This document shows, piece by piece, positions 62,411 through 64,000 of a stretch of 64,000 nucleotides of DNA (position 1 is its first letter; each line of letters begins with the position of its first letter). Both the position numbers and the translations under genes were made by a program. Origin of the DNA: the human T2T-CHM13v2.0 reference genome, Homo sapiens; assembly GCF_009914755.1 (NCBI RefSeq), contig NC_060947.1; one strand, written 5' to 3'. The notes below the pieces were generated by a model. It was not told the DNA's origin. It searched no databases and worked only from the letters and a program-made list of their open reading frames with translations.

Positions 62411-62657
62411 TGCTATCTAAATTCTTCATGTACTTAGATACTTTGATGACCCCTAGCAACTAGCATTTCTTGTGTTGATGGATCAAATTGTACTTTAGTT
62501 TTTGTAAGTAGTTCTGGCAGTAGAGGCAGGTAATTCCACATAGACAGCTAGAAAGTGCCCACAGGAAAGCCAAACTGGATTCTTGGCATCTGTCATGCTG
62601 TGTGAGTGCCCCACAGGAGCTACTTATCACCTCTGTCAGGGAGGAGTTCGCCACCTG

Positions 62658-63479
62658 TGTCTTAGCAGCTCAGGTTGCTACAGTAAAGTGCCATAGACTG
62701 CATGGCTAATAAACAACAGAAACTTATTTCTCACAGTTGCAGAGGCTGGAAGTCTGAGATCATGGTGCCAGCATGGTTGGATTTGTGTGAGGGCCCTCTT
62801 CTGGGTTACAGATTGCTAACTTCTTGCTGTGTCCTCACATGGTGAAAAAGAGGACAAGAGAGCTCTCTGGGGTTTCTCTTACAAGGGCACTCATCCCATT
62901 CACAGGGGCTCCACCCTTATTACCTAATCACCTCCTAAAGGCTCCATCTCCAAATACCTTCACATAGAGGATCAGGATTTCAACAAATGAATTTCGGGGA
63001 GACACATTCAATTTATGTATTGGAAATTTTTTAAAAACTCCATATTTTCCTGATTCCTCAACATCCCCACAAACCAACTGTGAGCACCCCACCCAGATGA
63101 CCATATACGCCTGTGTGATAAGGCTGGGCCCTGCCACAAGTTCCCCTTCTTGCCCTCCCCCAACTGGGACCTAGAGACATTCAGATGCACCAGTAAAATC
63201 CCCTCATACCTTTTGCTTACTCTGACTCTCAATAAATGCACTTGACCACAGGTCCCTGCTTTCTCAGTTCCCCACCTTCTTGGTTGAGCCTATTCCCTGG
63301 GAGCTCCTCCCATATGGCCCTGTGTGGTGTACCATGCCTTCTGTCTCTAGGGCCTGTGAGTATAATAAATCCTTTCATTTCATGTCCTTTCCCAGTATAA
63401 TTTCCATGGCTGTGTTTGGAGTGATCCTTAAAGACCCCACAAGGTTGACTTACTCCCCTTTACAACACAATCCATAACC
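62658..63479 (-). mobile_element. MLT1A-like solo LTR, split near its 5' end by another LTR
   Basis: tgtcttag...aaacttatttctcacagtt...gacacattc; last bases resume at about 63468; flanks acctg/agctg. Confidence 0.85.
63014..63467 (+). mobile_element. Solo LTR of probable ERVL class (family not identified)
   Basis: About 450 bp with AATAAA motifs, ends ...tacaaca; 5-bp flanks caatt/caatc; interrupts MLT1A. Confidence 0.65.
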
Positions 63480-64000
63480 AGCTGCTCTGCGCCAGAGACC
63501 CAGCTGTCAAATAGAGGCCTTGCCCTGGAATGAGGACAGTTTGTGGGCCTTCATTGGAACATCCAGCTTTGAGATAGGCCCCCAGCTCTTAGGAGCTGCT
63601 CTCATTAGCAGGGGGCAACCGTGTCCAACCTGTGGACTGCTGTGTACACATCCAAAGCAAGCTGACACTTGCTACATCTGATGGCTAGCAGATCCTGCTC
63701 CATACCAGCTGGGCTGATTTTGAAGCAGTGAAGGAGCACAAGCAACTAAGAGACACTCACCATGTTGTCGACAGCCAATGGTAGACTCTGCTCTAACACT
63801 GGCAAAGCTAGCCTCATGCCATGTGGGTATACAAGCTAAGTAAGACCCACTGGAAAACATTCAGGCTTGATGATGACAGTGCAACCCCCAGTCTCAGCTC
63901 TATAGCCTCACCTCCCTTTTGTTAAATATTGTGAGTAAAGGTGTTCTGACTGCCTACAGAGCTGCTGGGGCTGGTGCCTGCCTAGAGCCCCCAATAGTAG

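Overview
This is primate (very probably human) genomic DNA from a repeat-dense intronic or intergenic region. Well over half of it is transposable-element relics: about 20 Alu copies or fragments (J, S, Y), L1 of many ages (L1PA to L1ME), L2, MIR, a long CR1/L3 fossil, solo MaLR/ERVL LTRs (THE1, MST, MLT1) and DNA-transposon relics (Tigger, hAT-Charlie). I found no intact protein-coding gene, tRNA/rRNA or CRISPR. Every recognisable ORF is a fragment of L1 ORF2 or Alu/simple-repeat noise, and I cannot name the locus. I see no evidence for a new biological system. The most interesting signals are composite retro-insertions defined by shared target-site duplications (TSDs): an MLT1A-LTR fragment ending at its splice donor joined to an internally deleted L1 (44162-46229), and an Alu-L1 fusion (59123-61570). 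Also notable are an MST/MLT2 hybrid LTR, several templated-repair scars, one candidate non-coding exon and a few repeat-free enhancer-like islands. Subfamily names come from recalled consensus sequences, not a RepeatMasker run, and boundaries of old repeats are approximate.
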